Shown in pieces: positions 1 to 13,765 of a stretch of DNA of 64,000 bases; positions within the stretch are counted from its first letter, which is position 1; each line of letters opens with the position of its first letter. The notes under the pieces were generated by a model. That model was not told where the DNA came from. It made no database searches and worked only from the letters and a program-made list of their open reading frames with translations. The stretch lies in the NCBI RefSeq assembly GCF_009914755.1, contig NC_060933.1; one strand, written 5' to 3'. A program made the translations under genes and the position numbers. Origin of the DNA: the human T2T-CHM13v2.0 reference genome, Homo sapiens.

Positions 1-305
1 ATTCAGCAACATGGTAAGATACAAAGTGAAAACACAAAAATCAGTTGCATTTTTATACTAACAATGAACAATCTCAAAAGGAAATTACAAAAACAACCCC
101 ATTTACAACAGCATCAAAATGTATAAAATCCTTATAAATTACTTAAGCAAGGAAGGAAAGACTTGTACAGTGAAAACTACAAAACATTGGTGAAAGAAAT
201 TTAAGAAGACATAAATAAATAAAAACATCTCATTCATGGTTTGGAAGACTTAATATAGTTAAGATGGTAATTTTAAGTCATGTGTATTTTAACACAATTT
301 ATAAG
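1..305 (+). mobile_element. Old L1 (L1MB-like) fragment: ORF2 segment fused directly to the 3' terminus
   Basis: ORF2-like ACACAAAAATCAGTTGCATTTTTATAC...CATGGTTTGGAAGACTTAATAT is followed immediately by the L1MB-type end AAGATGGTAATTTTAAGTCATGTGTATTTTAACACAAT. Confidence 0.8.
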
Positions 306-409
306 ATTAGGGGAAAAAGAGATACAATTTCTACACAATAACAATCTGAGATAGCAATTTACATATATTCCTTACTGATAAACTCAGTGATGTCCACAAA
401 AAGTCAGCA

Positions 410-615
410 TTAGGTCTGAAATCAAAATACCTGGGTTCAAATTTTGGCTTACCGGGTGGACTTATACAAGGTTCTAACTTTCCCTAAGCCTCAGTGTAAG
501 TTTAATTATCCATTAAGTTAGAGTAATAATACCTACTTTCAAAGTTGCTTTACAGATTAAATGAAATAATATGCCAGATTACCTAGACAGCATGTACTAT
601 AGATGCTCAAGTTTT
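410..615 (+). mobile_element. MIR SINE
   Basis: CCTGGGTTCAAAT, CTAAGCCTCAGT, AATAATACCTACTTT, AGATTAAATGAAATAATATG resemble the MIR consensus. Confidence 0.75.
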
Positions 616-788
616 GTTGAAGAAAAAATTGGAATAATTTCATACCTAAGTATATCACTTTTAAATCAAAGCAATATAACACTTATTATTGGGTATTACT
701 ATGTAGAGAGTTATCAGAAGGAAAAACTTCAGTCTAATGGAAAAATAGGCTCAGAAGAGCAACAGTATATATGTATTTAATTTATATA

Positions 789-1834
789 CAGTTGACCCTT
801 AAGCAACAAAGGGGTTAGAGGATCTTCGTACAGTCTAAAATCCCATATAACTTTTGACTCCTCAACAACTTAACTACTAATAGATTTCTGTTGGCCAAAG
901 CCTTACTAGTACCATAAGCAGTTCATTAAATCATGTTTTGTTTGTTACATGTATTACATGCTGTATTCTGACAATAAAGTAACCTAGAAAAGAGAAAATG
1001 CAATTAGGAAAATCATAAGGAAGAGAAAAAACATTTGCAATACTGTACTGTATTTATCCATACTGTAAGTTTATGTCATCTGTTTATAAGATGAATCATC
1101 TGTCTGAAATCGTGAGCAACTGCAGCTACAGACCTCAATCTAGAGTACATAACAAACTATTACACTTTTTGTTATAATCCATGACTTTTCTCTGCTTCCT
1201 GCAAGCACTTCCAGCATCACTAGTGGCTCTTAGTGTGGGTCCCACAGTGTTATTTCAGGTTCTCAGTATTGCACTAAACATGGTGAAAAATGCATGAGAA
1301 CCTTGAGAGATCACTTTTTGGTGTAATTCACAATTTACTGAAGAGAGAATCTGCCCTCACAGAGATGATTATTGTCACAAGGTGCTTTAAGTGGATATTC
1401 GTAACATCTGAGCTCACTGCAGTAGTAACAGGAGGCGTCTACAAAATTATTACAGTAGTACAGTATGTGCTACAGTGAATTTTATGCAGCTATGATTTTA
1501 CACTGCATCCTCACATTTGTTTACGTTTCTCTGGACTGTGAATGGTAACATGTACAGTCTGTATGCCTAAGTTTTGATAAATCTTAACTTCTTATTATGG
1601 ATTTGTGTGTATTTTATGGTAGTAAATGATAAAATAAACTAGTGCTACATATATTTTATGCATCATGCCATACCTAATTTTTCTTAACTTTTTTGATATT
1701 TCTAAGCTATGCTGTTTGTAACTTTTTTCAAATTGTCACAAATCTCAAAAAAAATTTCCAATACACTTATTGAAAAAAATTCATATAGAAGTGGATTAGT
1801 GCAGCTAAAACTCTTGTTGCTCAAGGGTCAACTG
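789..1834. mobile_element. Tigger2-derived non-autonomous DNA transposon (Tigger2b-like, ~1.05 kb)
   Basis: TIRs CAGTTGACCCTTAAGCAAC (789) and GTTGCTCAAGGGTCAACTG (ends 1834), TA on both sides, Tigger2/MER28-type interior. Confidence 0.9.
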
Positions 1835-3405
1835 TATTTTTTTTATTATTTTATATATATTATTTAAAATACATTTATTCATTTTATATATGCATATGTG
1901 TGTATATAATAAATAAGATATGTATATATGAGGTCATCCTAAGGTCTTGAGTGTTATCCCTTTATAGACAAAGGAATCAAAAAAGAATCTCAAGGAAGTC
2001 TCAGTCTATTAAAAAAGGTGCACATACATAAAGGCACCTTTAAAGGAATCCTCAAGAATTCGAACAGTTCATTTATGATGGTATACAAGATGAACAGCAT
2101 TCACTGGACTAATACAAATAGTAAAATGCAACTGTAAATTGTTAGAAATTAATGCATTAATGCATAAGTATAATTTAAGAGAGTATCCAATCAGAATTAT
2201 ATTATGATTAAGCTGATGGCATAGCTTTCAAGTATAGGAAAGATATGTAGACTTTTACAGGGTATAATAAAGGTACACAGACTTTACTATATAGAAAAGA
2301 TATGCTAAGGGCTCAGTTTATGTCTGAGGGCAGAAACCATGCAGGGACACACCAGAGGCAATAAACTATCTTTAGCTACCTCTGCATGCCTTACCCAGAA
2401 GCCATCTGGGTGCATGCTAAACAGAGCTGCCAAGGAAGGGAGGAGAAGGGGACAAACTTACAATGGCCATTTGCAATGGAATTCACTTATTGAGAGCAGA
2501 GAGATGACTGACCAAAGTTTACATAGGTCTCTCAGATGAGGAATTTGCACTGAGATTAGCAATATGATTTGCCAGATTAATTTCTTAGCCCTAAGGGAAC
2601 CAGATTCTTTTAATCAGTTGGCCCATCTGTCCTGGAGATTTCTTGGAGAGAAACAGTAGACTGTGATTTATCAAGGAATTGCAGGCTTATTGGTAGGACA
2701 AGCTTCTAGGGAACCTCCGGCCTTAGCTAGTGTCACAAGCCTCTGAGCTGCCCTTGAGTGAGATAAAATAAAAGCTATCCTGTGAAGACCACAGGCTTTT
2801 TAGCAGAATCTGCGTGGGCAACCTTCATCTGATTCTTTTCTTTCTTCTAATATCTAGACACTTCATTGGTTCCTACTCTGGCTTTAGACCTTGGACTTGA
2901 ACTTTCAGAGTCTTCTCCCCAACTCTACCCCTGATTAAATAGCTTGAGTCTCCTCCTGTTCTTTCCAGTCCCTGAACTTCCTTTCCTTTGGTGACCCAAA
3001 TCCCCATTCCAGACTAGGTCCAATCATCTTTCTTTTATCAATCCAGCACACCTCAGAATTTTCCCTCATTCAAGCCCCAAGAGTACCAAGAAAGAAAACC
3101 CAGCCAACTAAGTGCCCTCGCACTAGGAATGAGGAGATGTAGTTGGGGACCATCTATCCTGGTTGCTCACCCTCCAGAGACCCTTTCCAAAATCTTGTCC
3201 ACCCACCACTAAAGACTTCCTTTATTCTGGTCACAGAGAAGTGAGCAACTGATTTTCCCCACTCCCATGACCCTGTTTCCACCTCAGTGACCTGGGTCAA
3301 GAATAAGAAGAGAGAATAGTGCCTGAATAATTACCTCACCTGAGATTCACAATCACCCTGTCAAGTACATATATATGTACAATCACATCATATGCACTTA
3401 AGAGC

Positions 3406-3744
3406 CGATATGGTTTGGCCGTGTCCCCACCCAAATCTCATCTTAAATTATAGTTTCCATAATCCCCACGTGTCATGGGACAGACCCAGAGGGAGGTAAT
3501 TGAATCATAGGGGTGGTTACCTCCATGATGTTCTTGTGATAGTGAGTGAGTTCTCAAGAGATCTGATGGTTTTATAAGGGGCTTTTCTCCCTTTTGCTCA
3601 GCACTTCTCCTTGCTGCCACTACAATTGTAAGTTTATTGAGGCCTCCCCAGCCTTGCAGAACTGTGAGTTAATTAGACCTCTTTCTTTTTAAATTACCCA
3701 GTCTCGGGTATTTCTTCATAGCAGTGTGAGAACGGACTAATACA
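3406..3744 (+). mobile_element. Solo THE1 (THE1C/D-like) MaLR LTR with a short internal deletion
   Basis: (C)GATATGGTTTGGCCGTGTCCCCACCCAAATCTCATC...GAGAACGGACTAATACA; perfect 5-bp TSD AGAGC at 3401-3405 and 3745-3749. Confidence 0.93.
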
Positions 3745-4450
3745 AGAGCTAAGAAAAGCTTCCACTTTTAAATAAAATGTCTTACTCTTCCAAAAAGAAC
3801 AGTGCTTATTGAAATAAATGAGAAGAGGATGGTTGTTTTAAATCAGTATGACTAATGTTAAAAAAAAAAATCAACAGCTGGTAAGGAATACTAGGTAATC
3901 ACATACACACGAGCTACCAACTAGGAACATTACAGTGTTATACCTACCATAATTTACTTCTCCCTCCCCATGTAGTCACTCAGAGTGGCAGCTGTGAACT
4001 TGGGCTTTGCATATTGGAGACCATTAGGAAAAGCAGCATGATTCATCATCTTCTGTTTATGTTACTTTAGTCACTTGGAGGCAGATCTTCTGAGACACTA
4101 ACAATAGTCTGAGACTAAATTGATTTTTTTTCTTTAAATAACTTGTGGATTTTTTAACTCTTGAAATTTCTGCCATTTCAGGTAAAGATGCATAAAATCT
4201 TTGAGTGAGAAGGGAACTTGGAGGTCACCTAGAACAGTCTCTCATCCTCATCAAACTATCTTCTACAACATTGCTGGAAGCTATACAGACTGTCTTTGAG
4301 TTCTTCCAGCAATGAGAAGTTCACCACTCAAAAGAAAGACCATTTTGATTTTTCAGATAGCTCTAATTATTATCATGTTTTTCTTTTACATACTCCTATG
4401 TAATCAATCAGTAGTTTGTTAAAATTTTTTCTTTTAGCTTTATCCAGGAG

Positions 4451-6857
4451 TGTATTAGTCTGTTCTCACATTGCTATAAGGAACAACCTGGGACTGGGTA
4501 ATTTATAATGAAAAGAGGTTTACTTGGCCCACGGTTCCACAGGCTGTGCAGGAAGCATGGCTGGGGAGGCCTCAGGAAACTTACAATCATGACAGAAAGC
4601 AAAGAGGAAGGGGGCAGAGCTTACATGGCCAGAGCAGGAGGAAGAGAGAGATGGAGAAGGTACTACATACTTTTAAACAACCAGATCTCATGATTACTCA
4701 CTCACTATCATGAGAACAGCACCAAGGGGAAATTTTCCCCCTTGATCCAATCACCCCCAACCAGACCCCATCTCCAACAGTGTGAATTAAAATTTGACAT
4801 GAGATTTGAGCAAGGACAAAGACACAAACCATATTATTCCACCCCAACCCCTCCCAAATCTCATGCCATTCTCACATTTCCAAATACAATCATGTCTTTC
4901 CAACAGTAGACCAAAGTCTTAACTCACACCAGCATTAACTAAAAAGTCTAAAGTCCAAAGTCTCATCTGAGACAAGCCTAGTCCCTTTCACCTATAAGCC
5001 TGTAAAACAAAAAACAAGTTAGTTACTTCCAAGATAATATGAGGCTACAGGTATTAGGTAAACAATCCCTTTCCAAAAGTGAAAAATCTACCAAAAGAAA
5101 GGGACTCCAGGCCCCAAGCAAATCCAAAACCCAGCAGGGCAGTCATTAAATCTTAAAGCTCTAAAATAATCTCCTTTGACTCCTTGTCTCACATCCAGGC
5201 CGCACTGATGCGAAGGGTGGGCTCCCAAGGCCTTGAGCAGCTTCTCCACTGTGGCTCCGCAGGGCCCATCCCACACAGCTGCTCTCAAAGCCAGGCACTG
5301 AGTGTCTGTGGGTTTTCCAGGTGCATAGTGCAAGCTGTCAGTGAATCTACTATTTTTGGGTCTGAATGATGGTGGCTTTCTTCTCACAGCTCCACTGGGC
5401 AGTGCCCCAGTGGGGACTCTGTTTGGGGGCTTCAACCCCACATTTCCCCTCTGCACTCCCCTAGCAGAGGTTCTCAATGAGGGCCCCAATTTCAAAGCAG
5501 GCTTCTCCTTGGACATCCAGGCTTTACCATACATCTTCTGAAACCTAGGTGGAGGCTCCCAAGTCTCAACTCTTGCACTCTGCACACCTGCAGGCTTAAC
5601 ACAATATGGAAGCCACCAAGGCTTAGAGTTTGCTCACTCTGGAGCAGTGACCTGAGATGTATCTGGGGCCCTTTTAGCCATGGCTGGAGCTAGAGTGGCT
5701 GGGATGCAGGGAGCAGTGTCCCAAGGTTGTGTAGGGCACTGGGGCCCTGGGGACCTGGCTCACAAAACCATTCTTCCCACCTAGGCCTCCAGGCCAATGA
5801 TGGGAAAGGCCATGAATGTCTTTGAAATGCCTTGGAGGCATTTTCCTCATTGTCTTGGCTATTAATATTTGGCTTCTCTTTATTTATGCAAATTTCTGCA
5901 GCAGGCTTGAGTTTTTCCACAGAAAATGGGTTTTTGTTTTCTATCACATGGCCAGACTGCAAATTTTCCAAATTTTTACACTCTGCTTTCCTTTTAAATG
6001 TAAGTTCCAGTTTCAGATAATCTCTTTGCTCATGCAAGTGAGCATACGCTGTTAGAAGCAGCCAGGTCACACCTTGAACACCTTGCTGCTTAGCAATTTC
6101 TTCCACCAGATACTCCAAATCATCTCTCTCAAGTCCAAACTTCCACAGATCTCTAGGGCAGGGCACAATGCCTCCAACCTCTTTGCTAATGCATAACAAA
6201 AATGACCTTTGCTCTAATTCCCAGTAATTTCCTCATCTCCATCTGAGAACTCATCAGCCTGGCCATCTCTGTCCATATCACTATCAGCATTTTGGTCAAA
6301 ACCATTCAACAAGTCTCTAGAAAGTTTCAAACTTTCCCTCATCTTCCTGTCTTCTTGAGTCCTCCAAACTGTTCCAACCTCTGTCCATTATTCAGTTCCA
6401 AAGTCACTTCCACATTTTTAAGTATTTTTATAGCAATGTCCCACTTTCCAGTACCAATTTTCTGTATTAGTACATTTTTGCATTGCTATAAAGAACTACC
6501 TGAGACTGGGTAATTGATTTAAAAAAAAATAAAAGAGGCTTAATTGGCTCACAATTCTGCAGGCTATAAAGGAAGCATGGCTGGGGAGGCCTGAGAAAAC
6601 TTACAATCATGGCAGAAGGCAAAGAGGAAGGAGACATGTCTTACACAGCCAGAGCAAGAGGAAGAGAGATGGGGGAAGGTGCTGCACACTTTTAAACAAC
6701 CAGATCTCGTGATTACTCACTCACTATCATGAGAACAGCACCAAAGGGGAAGTTCGCCACCTTGATCCAATCACTGTCCACCAGACCACATCTCCAACAT
6801 TGGGGATTAAAGTTTGACATGAGATTTTGTCAGAGAGACAAAGACCCAACCATATAA
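4451..6857 (-). mobile_element. Full-structure MSTA-like MaLR element (LTR 4451-4836, internal 4837-6462, LTR 6463-6857)
   Basis: Two related LTRs, each TGTATTAGT...AGGAAGCATGGCTGGGGAGGCC...AACCATAT; ~1.6-kb MST/THE1-type interior; TSD AGGAG (4446-4450) / GGGAG (6858-6862). Confidence 0.93.
5088..6199 (-). pseudogene. Disrupted MaLR internal ORF remnants (ORF-track 5690..6199 and 5088..5585)
   Basis: Peptides such as PCPRDLWKFGLERDDLEYLVEEI and WEPPPRFQKMYGKAW are typical of the THE1/MST-int ORF; two different frames with stops. Confidence 0.8.
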
Positions 6858-8220
6858 GGGAGGAAATTATTTTCCTGATCACATAATATCTCTTCAACTA
6901 AGGCAGATTTTATGTTTGTTTTATCTTCTCATTTCTAGGATAAGAATCTATAGCTTCTCTAAATTTTCCTTTAGACTCCTCAGCATCCCAGACACTCTCC
7001 TTTGAATGAATAGCTCTTTTGGAAAATGGCATGAAATTTTAACAGAAGGCTAACAGATGTGACCTGGCCTGGGCAGAGTTTGTAGAGCCTCTGTGAGCAC
7101 AATGCTTCTACACATGCAACTTTGGCTTTCTTAGAAGCCATGCCACACTATTGTCTCATCTGAGTTTGCAGGTGTGGAACCTCCTGGTGTCCTTCTCAAA
7201 TAGTGTGACTTACTTTCAGGGTGTCCCTGGTTCTGTCACTCAAGGATTCACTTTTTAACTCAAATTTCCTATTTTATATATTTATAGCTACTAAATTTTA
7301 TCTTGTAAGCTTTACCCCAATATGGCAGATATCAAGACCACTTAACCATTATTTACTGTCTCTTCCAAATTTTCATTATTCAAAAATGTGAGGAGTGTTT
7401 TCAAAGACTTCATCTTTGATGATAATTCTGACTACCCAAGGATAAAGCAAAGCAGTAGAGACATAAACCCTTTAATGAATGATCTTTGGAGAAGTTTTAT
7501 AAGCTGGCTGCTGAACTAGAGCCTAATGGTAAAAACACTTCCCAACTATCAGAGAGTTACATATCTTGATGACATTCCCAAGACCCCTAAACCACAATTG
7601 CCCATAGAAGTTTTTTTACATAATAAAATACTTTGGCCTACATAAAGGTACTTCATAAGAAGCGGCCCTTAAAACTCACCATTGCATTTCATGTAAGGAT
7701 TTATTGAGCAGATGGTTTACTACATGACATATGTCCTCTTTACAAGGACCCAACAGAAGCTTCTCTGCTCTCAGTGCTGTTTCTCTTTCTTATAGACACT
7801 TGTATTTATGATGTTTCCTCTTTGCTTTGACTGTTAGGAAGCCCACAGCAACATTTGCAAATTACCTCTAGGAAGTGTACAAAGTGTGGAATAACAGAAT
7901 GTCATGGCATACATTTAATGAACCAACAACACACTCAGTTTCCTCTTATTTCCTTTAACGTTGTTTTTCCTTTACCCTAATTTTCTCCCTCTTTTGCTTC
8001 ATCTTATTAAACTTTATGTATTGTTAAAGCCATCAAAAATCTTTTTAGAACAAAGACAAAAATAGAAGATAGGTAAACGATCCAGGCCATATTTTCCTAA
8101 GGATTTTATCAACAACAATATCATGAGAATTTTGCTAGATGGTTTGCTGCATCAAAATACATACACTGTGTTTATAGTTTTAACATGATCCACAGGACTT
8201 ATGATTATTTATTTATTTAA

Positions 8221-8436
8221 CTTTTTTTTTCTTTTTGAAACAGGGTCTCACCCTTTCACCCAAGCTGGAGTGCAGTGGTGTAATCACAGCTTGCTACAGC
8301 CTCAACCTCCCAGGGTCAAGCAATCCTCCTGCCTCAGCCTCCTGAGTAGCTGGGACTACAGGCACTCACCACCACACCCGGCTAATTATTTTTTATTTTT
8401 TGTAGAGATGGGGTCCCACTATGTTCCCCAGGCTCA
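8221..8436 (-). mobile_element. 5'-truncated AluJ
   Basis: T-tract followed by GAAACAGGGTCTCAC...CAAGCAATCCTCCTGCCTCAGCC...GTAGAGATGGGGTC; J-type diagnostics. Confidence 0.9.
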
Positions 8437-8964
8437 ATTATTTAAAAGAAAAAGGAAAATAAGGAAATGTCCTTGTCCTAGTAGAACCATACCAGTTCCT
8501 GACAATTACTACTTTTCTAAATGTTTACAAATCATAAGTACAGTTGCCATTTTTAGAATTTTTCCAGGGATTAATATCAAGCTAGAAATTCAGGAATTAA
8601 TATAAAGCTGTCCATTCTGTTTGTGGAGGGTGGCATGCATATTTTGTTTTTTCTTTAGAAATCGGGAATATTTGCTCATTCCAAGTATCCTGGAATTCCT
8701 CCTATCCTTCATGTCTTATTTAAAGATCACTGATAATAGCTTTGAATTATTAACTGTCAGTTCTCTCAGTATTCTGGGGCAATTAAGAAATGCAGTGAAC
8801 TTTATATTTAAGCCCAAGAAAAATTAGGCATCATTCTTTTGAGAATAAGGTTTAAAGTATGTTACAAGCTGTTCAAGTGGTTAAATTAGAATAATTAGTA
8901 TTTTGTGCAAATAATTTTACCACAAATATAAGCCTCAAGAGAGAGAAGTGAGAGAGTTCAGGAA

Positions 8965-9320
8965 ATTAAAATTTATTGTGAACTAACTGTGTATGGGTAC
9001 CACACTAGGTGGTTTACATACCTAATTTCACATTTGTAATAATCCTATAATGATAAAAAAAATAACTGTTGGGTACTAGGCTTAGCACCTGGGTGACAAA
9101 ATAATCCGTACAACAAACCCCCGTGGGACAAGTTTTACCTGTAACAAACCTGCACATGTATTCCTGAACCTAAAATAAAAGTTAAAAAAAATCTTATGAT
9201 CTAAGTGATGGTGTTATCTTACAGATGAAAAAAAGTTAAATTTCAGGGAGGTTAAATAGCTGCCTTAGATCACAAAGATAAATTATAAGGCTGGGTCTTG
9301 AACACATAGCTCATGCTTTT
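8965..9320 (-). mobile_element. MIR split by an L1 3'-end fragment
   Basis: CTTACAGATGAAAAAA...TCAGGGAGGTTAAATAGCTGCCTTAGATCACA is the antisense MIR core. Confidence 0.65.
9052..9189 (+). mobile_element. Severely 5'-truncated L1PA (older L1PA) 3' end
   Basis: GGGTACTAGGCTTAGCACCTGGGTGACAAAATAATC...AAACCTGCACATGT...CTAAAATAAAAG; TSD AATCCTATAAT (9041-9051) / AATCTTATGAT (9190-9200). Confidence 0.85.
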
Positions 9321-9601
9321 TCCCCCATATCAGACACGTGAAGTAACATAAAATGGTTAGCCATTTATAACCTTTATCTGACTGGAAAATGACAGTCATG
9401 AGGTTTATGCCTGTCTTGGTAATCTTGTTCCTTCAACACAAAAGTCAACTTGGAGCTAAGAAAACCTACACAAAAGAAGAGTTTTGAGTCCCCAAGAAAA
9501 ATAAATTACAAAGAAAATAAACTTTTACCAGAGTACTAAGAGGTAGTAAGGCTGCCATACCAAAGGCCAAGGGGAAAATTCTCATAGTAAGAATGAGATA
9601 T

Positions 9602-9921
9602 GGCTGGGTGCAGTGGCTCACACCTGTAGTCCCAGCACTTTGGGAGGTCAAGGCAGGTGGATTTCTTGAGCTCAGGAGTTCAAGACCAGCCTGGGCAACA
9701 TGGCAAAACCCCATCTCTACCCCCCACACCCCAAAAAAGAAAAGAAACAAAAAGTTAGCTAGGCATGGTGGTGCGCACCTGTGGTCCCAGCTACTCAGGA
9801 GGCTGAGGTGGGAGAATCACTTGCACCTGGGAGGCAGAGGGTGCAGTGAGCCAAGATGGTGCCACTGCACTCCAATCTAGGTGACACAGTGAGACTCTGT
9901 CTCAGAAAAACTTCAAAAAGG
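9602..9921 (+). mobile_element. AluJ, full length
   Basis: Dimeric Alu with J-type CTTGAGCTCAGGAGTTC; TSD AGAATGAGATAT at 9590-9601 and 9922-9933. Confidence 0.93.
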
Positions 9922-10417
9922 AGAATGAGATATGTAATTATGAAAAAATAAGACAATATCCTTCGAGCAAAGTAAAGAAAAGAAAAAAGAAAAGTTAGAT
10001 CAGGCAGTGACAGAACATTATCAGGCAATGGCAGATGATAATTAAAGTTTAGTTAAGAAAAACGTATCTATATTTAGTTACTTATATTTCTTTAAATTTG
10101 CTTTAATTGCAGTTGAAGCCATAGTAGTAACATGTGTAGAAGAGACTGATCCAGGAGGTTGGGGTAGGCTCCTGGTATCTCTTCTTTGATAAATCTCTCT
10201 AGCTGACTGTAGTGCTTAACTGCAAGTTAGAAGCTGGAGCCATTGAATGTATACATCATGCTGCCTAGCATCTAGGAACAAAGAAAAAAAAGTCTTCTAA
10301 AGTTGAGATTATTAAATAATTAGTATATAATAGAACATATAATCTTCTGAAGAAGTAATTCATAAGAAAGAGTTTATAAATGTGTTGCTGATTTTAAATA
10401 AAACAGTGTGTTTCTCA

Positions 10418-11353
<936 letters not shown>

Positions 11354-11899
11354 AAAAAAGTGTGGTTCTCAAATTTCCATCAGATACCAGAGTATCTCCC
11401 AAATTCATTCAAGGTGACTAGCATACACTTCCAGGGAGACATAACTACAATGCAATACAGGTAAAGATCCAATTGTATTGTTACTTACCTGGCACAAGAC
11501 TACTTCTGATAACTGATAAAAGAATGAATTGAATAGCAAACATTTATCATTTTTTATCCAACAGTATACAAGAAAGAGGGTGTTTCTGTCATATATGATA
11601 AACATTGATTCCTTACCTAGAAGCATACGTACACCAAAAAGGGCAACCCATGCAGATAATTCTCCATAACAGAAAGAGACCTTAAAAGCATACAATATTT
11701 TGTTCTATTTTTGCCTCTTCCTTTCTATTCCAGCTACTCATAATCATGTCTGCATTCAATCAGATCTAAACCTATTGAGATTTCAGGAGCCCCAGCCTAT
11801 GGAATCCTATCATGTGCCTTTCAGTCCCTAACCCTAGAACCTAATACCTGTCATCTCCATTTACCTGGTAGCAGCTGCCACTACAAAAGCAATAGTCCT

Positions 11900-12095
11900 C
11901 ATGTTTTTAGTATCTACAACATACTAGCAGACACTGAGCTGAGCTCATTTCATAATTAATCTCAAACTTCATCACAATCCTACAAGTTCTAATAATACTC
12001 CAATTTAAAGTTTAGGAAGCAAGGTCAGAGAGCCAATAAGTGGCAGAACCAGAATTGAAAACCAGGCACATCCAACTCTAAAGCTTTGCCTTTCC
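11900..12095 (-). mobile_element. MIR
   Basis: CATCACAATCCTACAAG...AAGGTCAGAGAGCCAATAAGTGGCAGAACCAGAATTGAAAACCAGG. Confidence 0.7.
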
Positions 12096-12211
12096 AATAA
12101 GTCACATTGCCCCTCTAATTACAAACAGAGTATCCTCTTCCTCCTCAGTACCCAATCCTTCTTTCTCTGATCTTTTCTGAGTTAAGCACCTTACACCATA
12201 ACATTATGTCT

Positions 12212-12900
12212 TGAGTCAATTAGGAGACTTTTACTGTCACTCTGCAGTTCCAAATAGCAGTAAACCTATCTCAAACTGGCTTGAACACTGAAGCAGCTTT
12301 ATTGGGTTCGAGTAACTAGAAAATTAAGAGGTAGGGAAGCATTAAGCATGCTTTGCTAAGGGCTCCAGCCCCATTTCTCTGCTGTTTTGCTGCCTGTGCT
12401 CGACTCCTTAAGTTGCCTTCAGAAGACAGTTAAAGGGAAAATAAAGTCCTACTTCAGAGAACCATCTGACAAAAGTACTAGGGTTCCCTCTGATGACCAC
12501 TCTAAACAAGTCACAATGGCCAACACCAGTAATATGCTATGGCTGCCCTAGGGCTATGTTCTCCATCTCTGGAACAGTTCCTGAACAAAACATTCTAGCA
12601 AGAGAAGTAAGATTACCTGGTTGGACTACAACAGTGGTTCTGCATATTAGCATCACCTGGTGATCTGTACGTACACTACCAACTCCCAGGCCACATCCCA
12701 GATCAATTCATCTCTAGAGCTGGCATCCTGGTTTTTATAATTTTGTTAAACTCCACAAGTAATTGGAATGTGCATCAGAGTTAGAAACAACTGGCTTACA
12801 CTTATCAGATCACATTCCTGGAGTTCAGAGTGGGATCAATCCCACTCACACTGCATGCACCCCTCTGAGGTGAAGTGGAATGGGTGGGATGGATGCAGGA
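12212..12900 (-). mobile_element. Old MLT1 (MLT1J/K-like) LTR, interrupted by a MER5 element
   Basis: TCAATTAGG...TCTCAAACTGGCTTGAAC...TTTATTGGGTTCGAGTAACTAGAAAA resembles antisense MLT1J/K. Confidence 0.55.
12632..12793. mobile_element. MER5-family hAT-Charlie MITE
   Basis: Termini CAGTGGTTC... and ...GAAACAACTG; interior GCATATTAGCATCACCTGG. Confidence 0.65.
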
Positions 12901-12939
12901 GGGGTAGTCTCAATGCCTCTGCAGCATTTACCATGCCTT

Positions 12940-13077
12940 GTTTTAAAATGGCCTCTTCCCCACTACACCATAAACTTCATGAAAATATAAAGTGTGTCAG
13001 GTCTACTCACCATTGCACCTAGCAAGTACCTGGATGTAATAGTAAATATCCATTGAAACTTTTTAATGAATGAATGA
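12940..13077 (+). mobile_element. L2 3' end
   Basis: CCCACTACACCATAAACTTCATGA...CCTAGCAAGTACCTGG...AATGAATGAATGA. Confidence 0.65.
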
Positions 13078-13544
13078 TTTGCAGACTCCATAGGGCTGGC
13101 TTTGCAAGCAAGTCCTATTCTCCTTTAAATGAGACAGACATCTTCTTCAGATTAACCTCTCAGTGTCCACTGTTCACTCTTGGCTCAAAACTCTCAGGGA
13201 TTTTCCCTTGCCTGCTTCATAGCCTCCAGCTTCTTCACCATGTGTTAAAGGTCCCCCACAGTTTACCCCTTATCTACTTCTCCAGTGCCATCCCTGAGGA
13301 TTACCTGCACTCAAAATACCTCATCTTTACTGAATTCTTCTCAAATGCATTCTACCTACAAGAAGCTGCTTTTTTCCCCACCATCAAGAATGGCTATAAA
13401 ATAACCTTATTTTCATTCAAAAATTGAACTAATGCTCTACGCAAAGTGTGTTGGATCATGTGAAGGATAATAATAACATCATAATAACAACCAACACTTT
13501 TTCAGCTGCTGTAAAAGCAAGCAACTTCTCTCTTGTCCTATAAT

Positions 13545-13765
13545 ATGGCATTTTATGTGTTACATATTAACAGGTTGCAGCACAACATACTAACTGCAAT
13601 GACCTTAGGAAATGGTTATGTTTGTTACCCTTAGTTTCCCAGATGGGAAAACTGAGGCACAAGGAGACTATGTGACTTATCCAAAGCCACACAGCTAGTA
13701 AGTTGCAGGCACAGGATTTAAGCTTGTTATATGACTTCAGAATCCAGGCACTTAATCATTACAAC
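13545..13765 (-). mobile_element. MIR (MIRb-like)
   Basis: CAGATGGGAAAACTGAGGCACAAGG...GTGACTTATCCAAAGCCACACAGCTAGTAAGT. Confidence 0.85.

Larger units (their letters stand above)
4190..8830 (-). mobile_element. Long, highly degraded CR1/L3 LINE relic interrupted by the MSTA element and an Alu
   Basis: CR1 3'-end-like CATAAAATCTTTGAGTGAGAAGGGAACTTGGAGGTCACCTAG at 4191; the minus strand near 8555-8583 translates [10 protein letters not shown] (CR1 RT motif RPVSLTSIPGK); boundaries approximate. Confidence 0.6.

Noticed and set aside
2303-2827. Possible ancient solo LTR (TG...AATAAA...CA)
   Set aside because: No TSD and no family I can recognise; needs a Dfam search.
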